Under the pieces are notes generated by a model. The model was not told where the DNA came from and did no database searches. It was given only the letters and a program-made list of their open reading frames with translations. A stretch of 64,000 nucleotides of DNA from Picochlorum sp. SENEW3. Its lineage: Eukaryota. The stretch is from the NCBI GenBank assembly GCA_034226945.1, contig CP120453.1:744001-808000 (forward strand), given 5' to 3'. Both the position numbers and the translations under genes were made by a program. Position 1 is the stretch's first letter, and each line of letters begins with the position of its first letter. Below are positions 45,905 through 55,607 of the stretch, in pieces.

Positions 45905-46477
45905 CTGCATGTATGTATTGATGTAAGACGTACCTTACGAATATCGCACAGGGCATTGTCATGAATGCACGTGTCCCTAAGGGTGGGTGGCGCCCGGATC
46001 TGATGAGTCAGCAGGGCGCAACCATAATGATGCAGGATTGGCTACATGGCCTCAGCATCCCACAGACACAGGTCACTTTTAATTCTCATATTATCGTGTT
46101 CCATTAGGTACATCAAAGCCATTTAGGTAGTATATATACACTAGGTAGAAAAGCGCTCTATACACTCTTGTGTCACACGTTTACAGATCTTTTGCAATCG
46201 AGCACCATCTTAGGTAGGTTTCGTTCACGCGCTATAATACGCTTCCTGAGGTTCTTCTACCTGAATCTTTTATCTGCAAGTCATCGTTGATGCGAAATCG
46301 CGGTGTTTCTCTTGAGTGACGACAAAGATCTGTGACTGCTGTTGGTAGATCTCAACGGCCATTGTCACGGGCGTCGAGTCATTTCTCGAAAACACACATC
46401 TCTGCCTTATATTGACATACAATAACCCTCTAATACCATAATATGCGCAGATATTCAGTCAGATTGTGCGAATTCCA

Positions 46478-47422
46478 ATGATGTTGAGTTTCAATATGTT
46501 CAAGGCAGGCGTGCTGTTCCTGCTTGCTTCAGGGACTGTCTCTTCTGTCGATGCAATATATCCTCACACAAGGAAGCTCAAGGGAGATGTTTGCCGTGGT
46601 GAAGAAGTGTGTTTGAATCAAGTGTGTGACCCAACGTCATATCAGTACAATATTGACACGTCAGGGGACGAGTTTCCATTTGAGATTTCTCACAAGGTCT
46701 CTGATGGATTTATCACATTTACCGTTTGTCCATCGAAAGACGCAAAGTCATCATGCTCTTATGGATCTGATGGCTGCTCGACTTTGAGAAGCGTAAAGAT
46801 TAGAATGAGAAATGACATGTTGTCTCTCGGAAGAGATTTGGTCACAGAGCCTCAGGGCCAGATGTGGGCTTCTTGTACACCTCATGGTCCAGGGCATGTT
46901 TGGAACTTTGAAGATTTGGGAACATTGTCTTCTCAATCCCCAGATAAGGCATCTTGCACAGATTTGACGGTGGTGGTCAATTCAGATGTTGAAAGGAAGG
47001 CAAGGCTCAAGGACATTTGCCAACAGGATATCAAGATTGTGGAAAACACTGGATGGACAGTATTTGATCAGAAAGCAAAGCCAGATTCATGCATGTTTGT
47101 CCTGGAGACAGCAAAAGGAAGAATTGGGTATGCTGCAGTTGGAGGCAAGACTGTCAAACCAGAAAAAGAAGAAGAAGAAAAGAAAACAGACAAGGAAGAG
47201 GAGAAAGCAGACGCCATGGAGACCAGCGATGATGACTCCACACCAGTCCCAGAAAGTTCATCCAAGTCTCCCTCTGTTTATGGAGGTAGAGTTGGTGTGA
47301 ATTCGTATGGAATGAGGGCCGCTGCCATGAATGTGTATGGGCAGAGGGCTAGTGTGAGTGCATATGGCCAGCGCAGAAGAGTCCTCAACAGACAGCGCTA
47401 CAGAGGTCGAAGAATGATGTAA
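46478..47422 (+). CDS. Secreted Cys-containing protein with C-terminal YGxR repeats
   Basis: Signal peptide, RKLK site, Cys-rich domain, acidic linker, YGGR/YGMR/YGQR/YGQR repeats and basic tail. Confidence 0.6.
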   Translation: MMLSFNMFKAGVLFLLASGTVSSVDAIYPHTRKLKGDVCRGEEVCLNQVCDPTSYQYNIDTSGDEFPFEISHKVSDGFITFTVCPSKDAKSSCSYGSDGCSTLRSVKIRMRNDMLSLGRDLVTEPQGQMWASCTPHGPGHVWNFEDLGTLSSQSPDKASCTDLTVVVNSDVERKARLKDICQQDIKIVENTGWTVFDQKAKPDSCMFVLETAKGRIGYAAVGGKTVKPEKEEEEKKTDKEEEKADAMETSDDDSTPVPESSSKSPSVYGGRVGVNSYGMRAAAMNVYGQRASVSAYGQRRRVLNRQRYRGRRMM

Positions 47423-47519
47423 TTCAAGAGGTATATTTTTGTTGATATCTACTTTTGAGTCGTCTTGAAATTAAGGACTTTTTCTTTGTTTTTTCACACG
47501 TGTAAAGCAAGATTTATTA

Positions 47520-48854
47520 TTACTGTTTTTCCTTTTTTCCTCCACTCATCTTGGCCAACGCAGCGCCAATGGCATCATGATACTCATCTGGAAGAATATC
47601 AAAAAGCTGGGACGATGTCTTCGTAGCATCGTTGGCGTGTGCTACCCTCTTGCCAGGCCGCTGCTCTTCATCAAGGAGCTGCATACTGCTGCTATCAAAG
47701 CTAAATGGATACACATGGTGCTTGGAACTCTCCTTCGCCTCTGCATGCTGAACGACTATATTCGAGTGTATTTTGCTCATACAATCCTTTATTGTATCAC
47801 ATATTTTACTCAGAGAGAATTCAACATGCCAGCCACAAGACTCTGTGCATTCTCGTGATGGGGCATTCAGGCTCTTGGTCAGACGATCTTGTACCTCCTC
47901 ATGCTCTACATCTATCACATGAATATGCACCGGGAACTTTTCTATAGGATGCTTCAGCGTCGATATAGACCTGTAGTCCTGTTCTAATACGTCATCGTCT
48001 TCGTCATGATCATCTTCATCCTCCCCAGAACTCTGGTGTTGCTGTTTATCAGTCAGAGTGATGACATGATACACGGATGACTGTCTCTCATGTCGAGGAT
48101 CGTACCCTTTCCGAACCCATGAATACCTCCATGGTCCAGACGAAAACCGATAACATAATGCTGCCAGCTGTTCATTCACATCTTCATCTGTAAACACCTG
48201 GCCTTGAGATTCCTCCAACAGCACGGGCGCTAAAGCAGAGTTCATATACACGGGTTTTTTTTTGAAAATCTTTCTCAAAACATGCCCCGCAGCAGACAAC
48301 CTTGGATCAGAATCATCCACGTCATCGTGAAAATACCCAGCAACATCCTTTGGAGCAGAAGGAGCGCCATACTCGAGGAGCACTACACCACTCCTCATCG
48401 TGGAATACATCCGAGACCGCACCGCATCTCGACCAGACCCATACGCATCCACAGCATACTCTACGCTATCCTCCACCTGAAACACTGGCGGAATGCACTG
48501 CAAGGTGCCTTTCGTCTCCTCCACCTGCATATCTGCAGGAGACTCAAACGCATAACACTGCGTCACAGGTATCGTATGAGCCGTCTCTTCCTCTATGTTC
48601 AACCTCAGCAACATCATGTTTGGCTTCCGGACATCATTACTCACGACAGCATGACAAAACTCGTCTTCAGGACGAAGTTTGACACTGATATTCCGAGAGT
48701 GACTTTTACGCTGTTTCTGCAACCCTTCTAGGCCTCCAAAAGTCTCCAAAGCCTTTTCTGGATTAGATAAATCTTCCAGATAGCCAGGAAACTCGACTGC
48801 AAAATACGACGTGTCAGCTGTTGCCTCTGGAACAGTGACTGGAGTGTCCTTCAT
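47520..48854 (-). CDS. GTF3C5: TFIIIC subunit 5 (tau95/TFC1-like)
   Basis: FAVEFPGY, ALETFGG, LRPEDEFCH and YRFSSGPWR...VRKGYDPR motifs of tau95. Confidence 0.85.
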   Translation of the reverse strand: MKDTPVTVPEATADTSYFAVEFPGYLEDLSNPEKALETFGGLEGLQKQRKSHSRNISVKLRPEDEFCHAVVSNDVRKPNMMLLRLNIEEETAHTIPVTQCYAFESPADMQVEETKGTLQCIPPVFQVEDSVEYAVDAYGSGRDAVRSRMYSTMRSGVVLLEYGAPSAPKDVAGYFHDDVDDSDPRLSAAGHVLRKIFKKKPVYMNSALAPVLLEESQGQVFTDEDVNEQLAALCYRFSSGPWRYSWVRKGYDPRHERQSSVYHVITLTDKQQHQSSGEDEDDHDEDDDVLEQDYRSISTLKHPIEKFPVHIHVIDVEHEEVQDRLTKSLNAPSRECTESCGWHVEFSLSKICDTIKDCMSKIHSNIVVQHAEAKESSKHHVYPFSFDSSSMQLLDEEQRPGKRVAHANDATKTSSQLFDILPDEYHDAIGAALAKMSGGKKEKQ

Positions 48855-49163
48855 TTTTTCAAACCATTGATCGAACCAATGGATGCTCTAATTATTCCTG
48901 TCGTTTCGTATATATTGAATACCAATCTGCCAGGTAACAGCCAGGCATCGGGTTTGTACACAGTCGTTCCTGTGTCAAAAAATTTGAATGGCATATTGTC
49001 CACATGAGAAAGACCGGTCAATTGATTGATTGACCGATCAGTCTGGAAAATAGACGCAGAGACATGAGTCCGTCTTGTTTTTTGTCACAAAACGGCAGAT
49101 TTTTATTTTGTTTCTTGATAATTTTTCATCATCTTTGTTTCTAGAGACGTGATACGATAAAAC

Positions 49164-49430
49164 ATGTCTGTTTTATGGCGTGCTCGAGTGTCTTCCTTCT
49201 TGGCTGGAGTTGGTGTAGCAACCCTTGCCTGTATGTATCAGCTCAAGAGTGATATTGACGAGAGTTATTCTCTCGTTCTGGATGCGGTATGTTCGATGTA
49301 GACTTGGAGATTGTATGTGCATATCGTCATGGCCATGCATGTGATGCAGATGAAGGTAGAGACACAGGGTCTGGAGAAGAGGGTACAGGCTCTTGAAAAG
49401 GCCCTTGAGAGTGGCAAGACAGTGGGATAG
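49164..49430 (+). CDS. Small single-TM + coiled-coil protein, probably mitochondrial (exons 49164-49286, 49350-49430; missing from ORF track)
   Basis: Spliced product MSVLWRARVSSFLAGVGVATLACMYQLKSDIDESYSLVLDA/MKVETQGLEKRVQALEK..; GTATGT..TGCAG intron; resembles small plant 'RLASFFAG..RISxLE' proteins. Confidence 0.7.
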
Positions 49431-49463
49431 CTCTTTGTATTTAATCTTTGTATGTAAAAAGCC

Positions 49464-51326
49464 TTATGTTGGAGGAACATTTCCAATGATGAGTTGGTTC
49501 AGTTCAGGAGCGCCCTGAACGACGAGACCGTGCTCATTTGCCAAGTGAAGGACGCAGATGAAGCACAAGTGCACTGATAAATCTTCAAGCCTTCCAGCGT
49601 GGTTGTCTTCTGGGACAGTTGATAGCACGCGTGAAAATTCAATGCCGTTGTATGGGTCAGGTACTCCTTCTTCTTTTCGTTGTTGCACTGTATGTTGGAT
49701 TCCAGCCCACATGAGCTCCTTGAGTGCCTTGACGTCAACCTGCTTGGCAGCTTTGCAATACGACACTTCAACCTGTTCGACTTTATGGGATGCTTGAGCG
49801 AGCTCCAGATCCGTGTCTGGATTATCACCTCCCCAGTCTGCGTCATCCCCAAACGAGTCTCCGGCAAACATGCCATCATCAGGGTGGAAATCCCCTTTGT
49901 ACCCCGACACATGTCTGCTTCGCAGGAGGGATATAAAGCCAGGACGCAGGCAGTATCGACCCAGCATGCTTGCAGAGTATTTGTAATCTTCTGGAAGAAG
50001 CGTCTTGGATTCTTTCAAAGAGTCGTCTTTCTTGTGTGATGAAGCCTTTTTCCTCCTCTTTGATCTGTCCATTGCAATTGTTGGAGCTTCAATCTCCAAC
50101 AGGACGGTGAAATCGAGAGGCTCTGGAGCGTTCCTTTGTCTCGACGAGGCGCGTGTGGAGGATGAAGTACCAGAGGCTGTTTCAGGGGCCGATCTGTATT
50201 TCCAATGAGACGCCCCTGTCCATGATGTATTCTTTTGAGTCTCCAAGGTACCAGATCCAGCTTCAACCAACCATTGTATGGCTTCTTCTTCCAACCCGAT
50301 GGGGTTTTCGCTCCCAACATGGTGCTGATAATAATCATCTCCACCGTCATACTGATCGTCAACGTCTCCGCCATCGTAGATGGCACTGTCTATAATGTCA
50401 TGCTCTGGTACATCTTGGGACACTTCCCGAGTACCAAAGACATTCATGTCGTCCAGCATGACGTGCGCACTTGATTCGGCTGCATCCTGTGCTTTATTTA
50501 TAATACTTTCAATCGGAGGGCCAGTCATGGTACCGGATACAGACGCGATGTTCGTAATATCGTCCAAGACTGGTGCAATCCGTGCACCAGCCAACTCATC
50601 CAAGCATGACACCATAGCATCCACCTCTCCACGAATGCACGCAGATGACTCCTCTCTGCATACGACGTCATGTTTTGCATCTACTGCTTCATCAGGAATA
50701 TCCATCGAATCAAACACAATAGAACATCCCTGATACACTGACAGGTTGTTCAACAACAATCCATGAGCTCCACCTTCATCAAACTGAGCAGACGTCTTGT
50801 GAAACAATGGATCCACAGCAAACGCCAGGTCAAACTTTTTCACATTCAATGCGTCCAACGTAGGCTCCAACGTAGACTCTGGGTTCAGTTCTCCCCCACG
50901 CCTCTTTCTCTTTGACGGGCTTGCTTGTCCAACACCCCCATCACCAAGCTCTCCCTCTTGTTGACCATCCTCTGGCCCCGAAGCTCTCCCTAAACCACCG
51001 AGCATTTTAAAAGTCTCAGTATGAACAGAATCCACACGATATGAATAAATCTTCACCCCCGCATCCAATGTCACAGATGCCTTTTGAAAATTAGTATTCC
51101 TCCCAGCATGCCCTTCCTCCTGAATCAAATCATCCAAATGCTCAATAAGAGGCAACCCCCATGTATTATGAGCAGTAATCTTATTCTCTGATGCCATCTT
51201 CAGGCACTGCCCCAGCATCATTTTCAGTTCTCCACGACTCAACAGGGCATCCTGACCTGCAGCATTCCCCTTTCCCCCTGCAGCAACGCGCTGCTGCAAA
51301 TTTTCTTTATCATCAACTGTTGTCAT
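49464..51326 (-). CDS. CAPH: Condensin I kleisin subunit (CAP-H/Barren)
   Basis: CLKMASENKIT..NTW, NFQKASVTLDAGVKIYSYRVDSVH, VDPLFHKTSAQFDEGG, CFICVLHLANEHGL. Confidence 0.95.
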   Translation of the reverse strand: MTTVDDKENLQQRVAAGGKGNAAGQDALLSRGELKMMLGQCLKMASENKITAHNTWGLPLIEHLDDLIQEEGHAGRNTNFQKASVTLDAGVKIYSYRVDSVHTETFKMLGGLGRASGPEDGQQEGELGDGGVGQASPSKRKRRGGELNPESTLEPTLDALNVKKFDLAFAVDPLFHKTSAQFDEGGAHGLLLNNLSVYQGCSIVFDSMDIPDEAVDAKHDVVCREESSACIRGEVDAMVSCLDELAGARIAPVLDDITNIASVSGTMTGPPIESIINKAQDAAESSAHVMLDDMNVFGTREVSQDVPEHDIIDSAIYDGGDVDDQYDGGDDYYQHHVGSENPIGLEEEAIQWLVEAGSGTLETQKNTSWTGASHWKYRSAPETASGTSSSTRASSRQRNAPEPLDFTVLLEIEAPTIAMDRSKRRKKASSHKKDDSLKESKTLLPEDYKYSASMLGRYCLRPGFISLLRSRHVSGYKGDFHPDDGMFAGDSFGDDADWGGDNPDTDLELAQASHKVEQVEVSYCKAAKQVDVKALKELMWAGIQHTVQQRKEEGVPDPYNGIEFSRVLSTVPEDNHAGRLEDLSVHLCFICVLHLANEHGLVVQGAPELNQLIIGNVPPT

Positions 51327-51698
51327 GGCTCAGTCAAGAATGGATGAATAGCGTGGCTGTATGAAGAATACGTCCATGTATCAGATTCCTCTCCTGAGAC
51401 CGACAGATGATCCTTCCCTCGGGTATTTCTCAGATCCCGTTCTCTGATATTTATGTGTACTATATATTGGGGGAGAAAAGGAAACAGCCAGGTCTATATG
51501 GCACGAATGCTCATCAACGACCATCGACGGTTGGACAGGCCACGAAAGAGGCGCCACCCATAATCGCAGTACCATTGTTGTCTATTTCACAGTACCTACC
51601 AATCTTCCTCCGACAACGCCTACAGTCCACCAATCGTCCCTCCGATTGACACTAAAATTACGCACATTCTACTGCATTTTACAGTATTAGTAATAATA

Positions 51699-52169
51699 AT
51701 GTCTCAGTTTATGGGAATGTCACTCAGCTCTTCCCCTCAGGTGAGAGGTGGAGAGTGCCGGCTGCTGGCACCACGCACGCAGGGTAGTAGAGGTATTGCA
51801 CAGAGAATGGGCATGGAGAAATTGACAATCGAAGCTGCTCATAAAAAAGGAGCTGGATCAACCAAGAATGGTAGAGATTCCAACAGTAAGAGGAGAGGTG
51901 TCAAGGTGTATGGTGGACAGCCAGTGCCTGCTGGTGGAATCATCATTAGACAGCTGGGAACCAAGGTGCACCCAGGAAAGAATGTTGGATTGGGAAAGGA
52001 TTATACATTGTTCTCATTGATCGATGGTGTGGTCAAGTTTGAGAAGAATTCCAAGTTGAAGAAGGTGAATGTGGTGCCATTTGAGGAGTATGAGATTCCA
52101 GAGGGACAGAGGCTCCAGGAGGGTAGCAGAAAGCACAAGAGGAGAACTGCTGCGACTGCTTCACAGTAA
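51699..52169 (+). CDS. rpl27: Plastid 50S ribosomal protein L27
   Basis: Transit peptide then [35 protein letters not shown]. Confidence 0.96.
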   Translation: MSQFMGMSLSSSPQVRGGECRLLAPRTQGSRGIAQRMGMEKLTIEAAHKKGAGSTKNGRDSNSKRRGVKVYGGQPVPAGGIIIRQLGTKVHPGKNVGLGKDYTLFSLIDGVVKFEKNSKLKKVNVVPFEEYEIPEGQRLQEGSRKHKRRTAATASQ

Positions 52170-52231
52170 TAATGTATATAGGAAAGAATATTAGTTTACA
52201 ACATAGTCATGTAACAAGGAAAAATGAGGTC

Positions 52232-53588
52232 TCAAAATGTATTTGCTGCGAGACAGCTGCCTGAGGCATCTCTCCATTGAATCATAATGGAGCATGCCTT
52301 GTAATGAACCATGGCTGCAATAACAACTGCGACGTGGAAAAGCTGGTGTGAGTGAAATGCGACGTCAAAAGCACCAGGTCTCCAGCGTTCTGGTATTTTA
52401 AATGTGTAAAAGGCTGCGCCGATGAGGTATATGATGCCCATGATAATGTCTAGGACAAGTGCATGGTGAACTTCTGCTATAGAGCTCTGCATTCTCCATC
52501 CATGAACGAGGGGAACTATTCCAAAAAGTCCCAAGGATGCGAAGACTCCAGCACGCCAGGCATGGTAGGAGGGATGCTGGAACTTTGGGTGCAGAGTAAT
52601 GGCAATTGTCCCAATTCCCAACACAGTGATCAAGCTCAAATATAATACTGCGTATACGGGTCTGCAGAGGAATCCGTAGTAGACTGGTGGATAAAATGAA
52701 GCCACGATGAGTACGGCAATGCCAGCGTAATCAAACTGCCACATAATCATGGCAATGTGCGCAGAACAGCAACCGAACAAATGGCACACGGACGACGTTA
52801 GTAAACAAATCATCGCTCCAGAAGTAAAGACGTACATGGGCCATCTGTGCACTGGCCATGTCACGTCTACCATGGATGCAAGAGCCCGATAGACTGCCAT
52901 TTCTGCATCATGAAATGCCTTCTGACTGTAGTTTGACAATGCTTCTTCTGCATGCATGAGCTCTTCCACCCCACTTGCCTTGTACTCTGCTAGTTTTTCC
53001 TTCACATTTGAAAAGGCTTGGGCAATATCGCTAATGTTGTGTCGGCTGATGGATCGAAGGACATACTCTACCCCAGGAAGAAGATGGTGGTCAGCAGAAA
53101 AGGCACCAGCACCCTTCACAACATCATATAAATTATCCGATCCGAACTGAGACCACTTCTCCTCCAACATTGATGCATATTCTCTCCCTATCGCCAGTGG
53201 ATGTGGAGGTCTGTAGTATATTGCAGCGGTAAGAAGCACAAAAATAATGAAACCTGTACAGCAACAGTGTCGTTGTTGTTCAAACCATGGGTACTCGTAT
53301 GAATCCTCAATACAATTCCACCATACCAACTAAATGACTCCATATATTTCCAGTCTCATTATGAAGCTTCAATGCTGATATCAGGGCAGCTTTGAAGTCA
53401 TGCCCGACTCTGTATCCTTTCAGGATGAATTTATTGTCTCTCAGATGCGAGGGGGCTTGCTCGAATGTGGTATAAAATGCCGATCCAGTCTTATTTTTCT
53501 TCCTCCTTGGAACATTCTTAATGCTATCCACAAGACTTGTTGCAGTCTGACGACGACGTTGTGTCAGTTGGTTCGTAGGCATGGCCAA
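52232..53588 (-). CDS. Heptahelical PAQR / hemolysin-III family membrane protein (2 exons)
   Basis: DNKFILKGYR, HNETGNIWSHL, SSVCHL, DYAGI, IPERW.PG.FD..FHSHQLFH. Confidence 0.92.
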
Positions 53589-53671
53589 CAGAGACTTTAT
53601 TCGATGCTATAGTGCCATACTATGCTTTCAAATAAATAATTATTACAGATTAATGTCATCGATGTGGTACA

Positions 53672-55309
53672 CTAGCGGAATTGTTGATTGAAGGACTGAA
53701 ATTGCTGACCTGCGATCTGCAGGTTTTCTTTCCATAGGCATGCGCGGGATTTCAACAGACCCATGAGGGAATGGTACTCAGTGCAGTTGGATACTGGATC
53801 CCTGGTGTACTCTCGACTCAGAGTATCTGACAGAATGTCCTTGTAATCACCAAAAACTGTGTTGAATGGTTCAGAGTCTAGCACATCCTGTGGTTTTATC
53901 ACAAGAAACTCTTGAGCATTTGATGCCATCAACACAAAATTTGAGATTCTGTCTTCTTCTGCCTCCTCTCTATATATACGGAGTCCTCGGAAGTTATTTT
54001 TGATAATTGTATGGAGCCTCGCAAGCTGGTATCCCTCCCTGCCAAAATAGTTTACCACAAGGATTGAATCTTGTGACTGAATCATTGCCAATGAGATTGA
54101 CCTGAAGAATGCTTCCTGCTGCAATAGACCCATATGGACATCCCCAGAGAAAATATCAACGATGATGATATCATAAGATCCGAGAGGCATGCGTTGAATA
54201 ATCTCTCCGGCATCACCAATTTGGCATGCACAGTTACTCAGCTCAAAGAATTGTTTGGCTGCTTGGACCACCTCTGGGTGAATTTCGACACAATCTGTCG
54301 TATATCCTAATTGTTGTAATACCTTAACAGATCCTCCGCTACCCAGACCGATGTGAAGAGATCTTTTATCCTTTTTTTGTGGGTGTTTGAAAAAGAGTGC
54401 TCCCGAGGCTTGTAGATGAAATGCTGAAAATATTGGCACACCACGGATGGACTCGGGCTCGATCCAAGATCCACCAATCATTGAATTTCCTAAACGCATG
54501 GCACGCAGACTATACTCTAGATTCTCAACATGCGGCATGCCTTGAACAATTTCTAAAACTCCACCCAATGCCAGTGGACATTTCCACACAACATGTAGCA
54601 GTCCTTTTGATGTAGTTTCAGCAGCAGTCATTTGCCCGCAATACGTGCACAATATATACGTATTTATAGTATATGATACTCCAGAGGCGACTACCACGGA
54701 TGCAATCAATCTCAACTGCTTTGGGGTCTCGATCAGAAAACTCATGCTGGAGGCAACAACTCCCCCAAGTGGTAGCGTGCAATCTGGATGGCGCAGGAAA
54801 CTAGGCTGAACCCCAATCGAAGACGATATAGAAATTATGACTAATACAATTGACCATATGAATGCATCACGCTTGCGTGAGGCAAAGCTGGTGCAATAGG
54901 AGCCTATCACATAGCCAAGGCACACCCCAGGTGCCCATGATGAGGCACATGTGACAAAAGAACATCTCCAGAGAATCTCAACGTCCGTGGAATCTGCTCG
55001 GCTATGTAATGAATGATCTGACACTACCTGATTGATATACTTGACATCAGAGAACCCCACACCGACAACCACCCATGAGACACTTTGTAACAACCAGCTG
55101 CCAGAAGGATTCAATGTGACACCTAGAACAACCCCAGCTGTTACTGGGAATGACACGAGCAGTATTGAATTTCTAGCATACCAGTCTCCAAATATTTCTG
55201 TGAGTGATCGGTACTCCAACTGAGAGAACAAATACACGCATACAAGAGACAGCAAGAGCAGAAAAGCCCTTTTGCTGTTTCTGCTGACCAACAATGTCGG
55301 AAGTGGCAT
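53672..55309 (-). CDS. Membrane-anchored SAM-dependent methyltransferase / spermidine-synthase-like protein
   Basis: Hydrophobic N-terminal half; SLHIGLGSG, VEIHPEVVQAAKQFF, GDA, YDIIIVDIFSG. Confidence 0.75.
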   Translation of the reverse strand: MPLPTLLVSRNSKRAFLLLLSLVCVYLFSQLEYRSLTEIFGDWYARNSILLVSFPVTAGVVLGVTLNPSGSWLLQSVSWVVVGVGFSDVKYINQVVSDHSLHSRADSTDVEILWRCSFVTCASSWAPGVCLGYVIGSYCTSFASRKRDAFIWSIVLVIISISSSIGVQPSFLRHPDCTLPLGGVVASSMSFLIETPKQLRLIASVVVASGVSYTINTYILCTYCGQMTAAETTSKGLLHVVWKCPLALGGVLEIVQGMPHVENLEYSLRAMRLGNSMIGGSWIEPESIRGVPIFSAFHLQASGALFFKHPQKKDKRSLHIGLGSGGSVKVLQQLGYTTDCVEIHPEVVQAAKQFFELSNCACQIGDAGEIIQRMPLGSYDIIIVDIFSGDVHMGLLQQEAFFRSISLAMIQSQDSILVVNYFGREGYQLARLHTIIKNNFRGLRIYREEAEEDRISNFVLMASNAQEFLVIKPQDVLDSEPFNTVFGDYKDILSDTLSREYTRDPVSNCTEYHSLMGLLKSRACLWKENLQIAGQQFQSFNQQFR

Positions 55310-55607
55310 ATCTCACCTACACGGATCAATCATCGCCCTCTAGTAAAATTTATGGCATTTTCTGAACATAGAATGGGGTATTTCGGGGACAGATGATATC
55401 TAGTCGATTGGAGGGATCCGTTGCACATTATAATACCTAATTAGGCCCAAGGAGCATGGCATGCATGCTCATTGGTTGAACAATGCTTTTTTGACATGTT
55501 CTGGCCCAGATACGACAAAAAAGGTATTGTAAAATAGATATTTTATAGTACTTTGGTCTCATGCATTGCAGTTTGCATCGTTTGTGATTTGCTCTCTGCA
55601 TGTAGAC

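Noticed and set aside
45996..46030. Hammerhead ribozyme suggested by CTGATGAG
   Set aside because: No GAAA core after a stem II, and the motif is sequestered in its own hairpin
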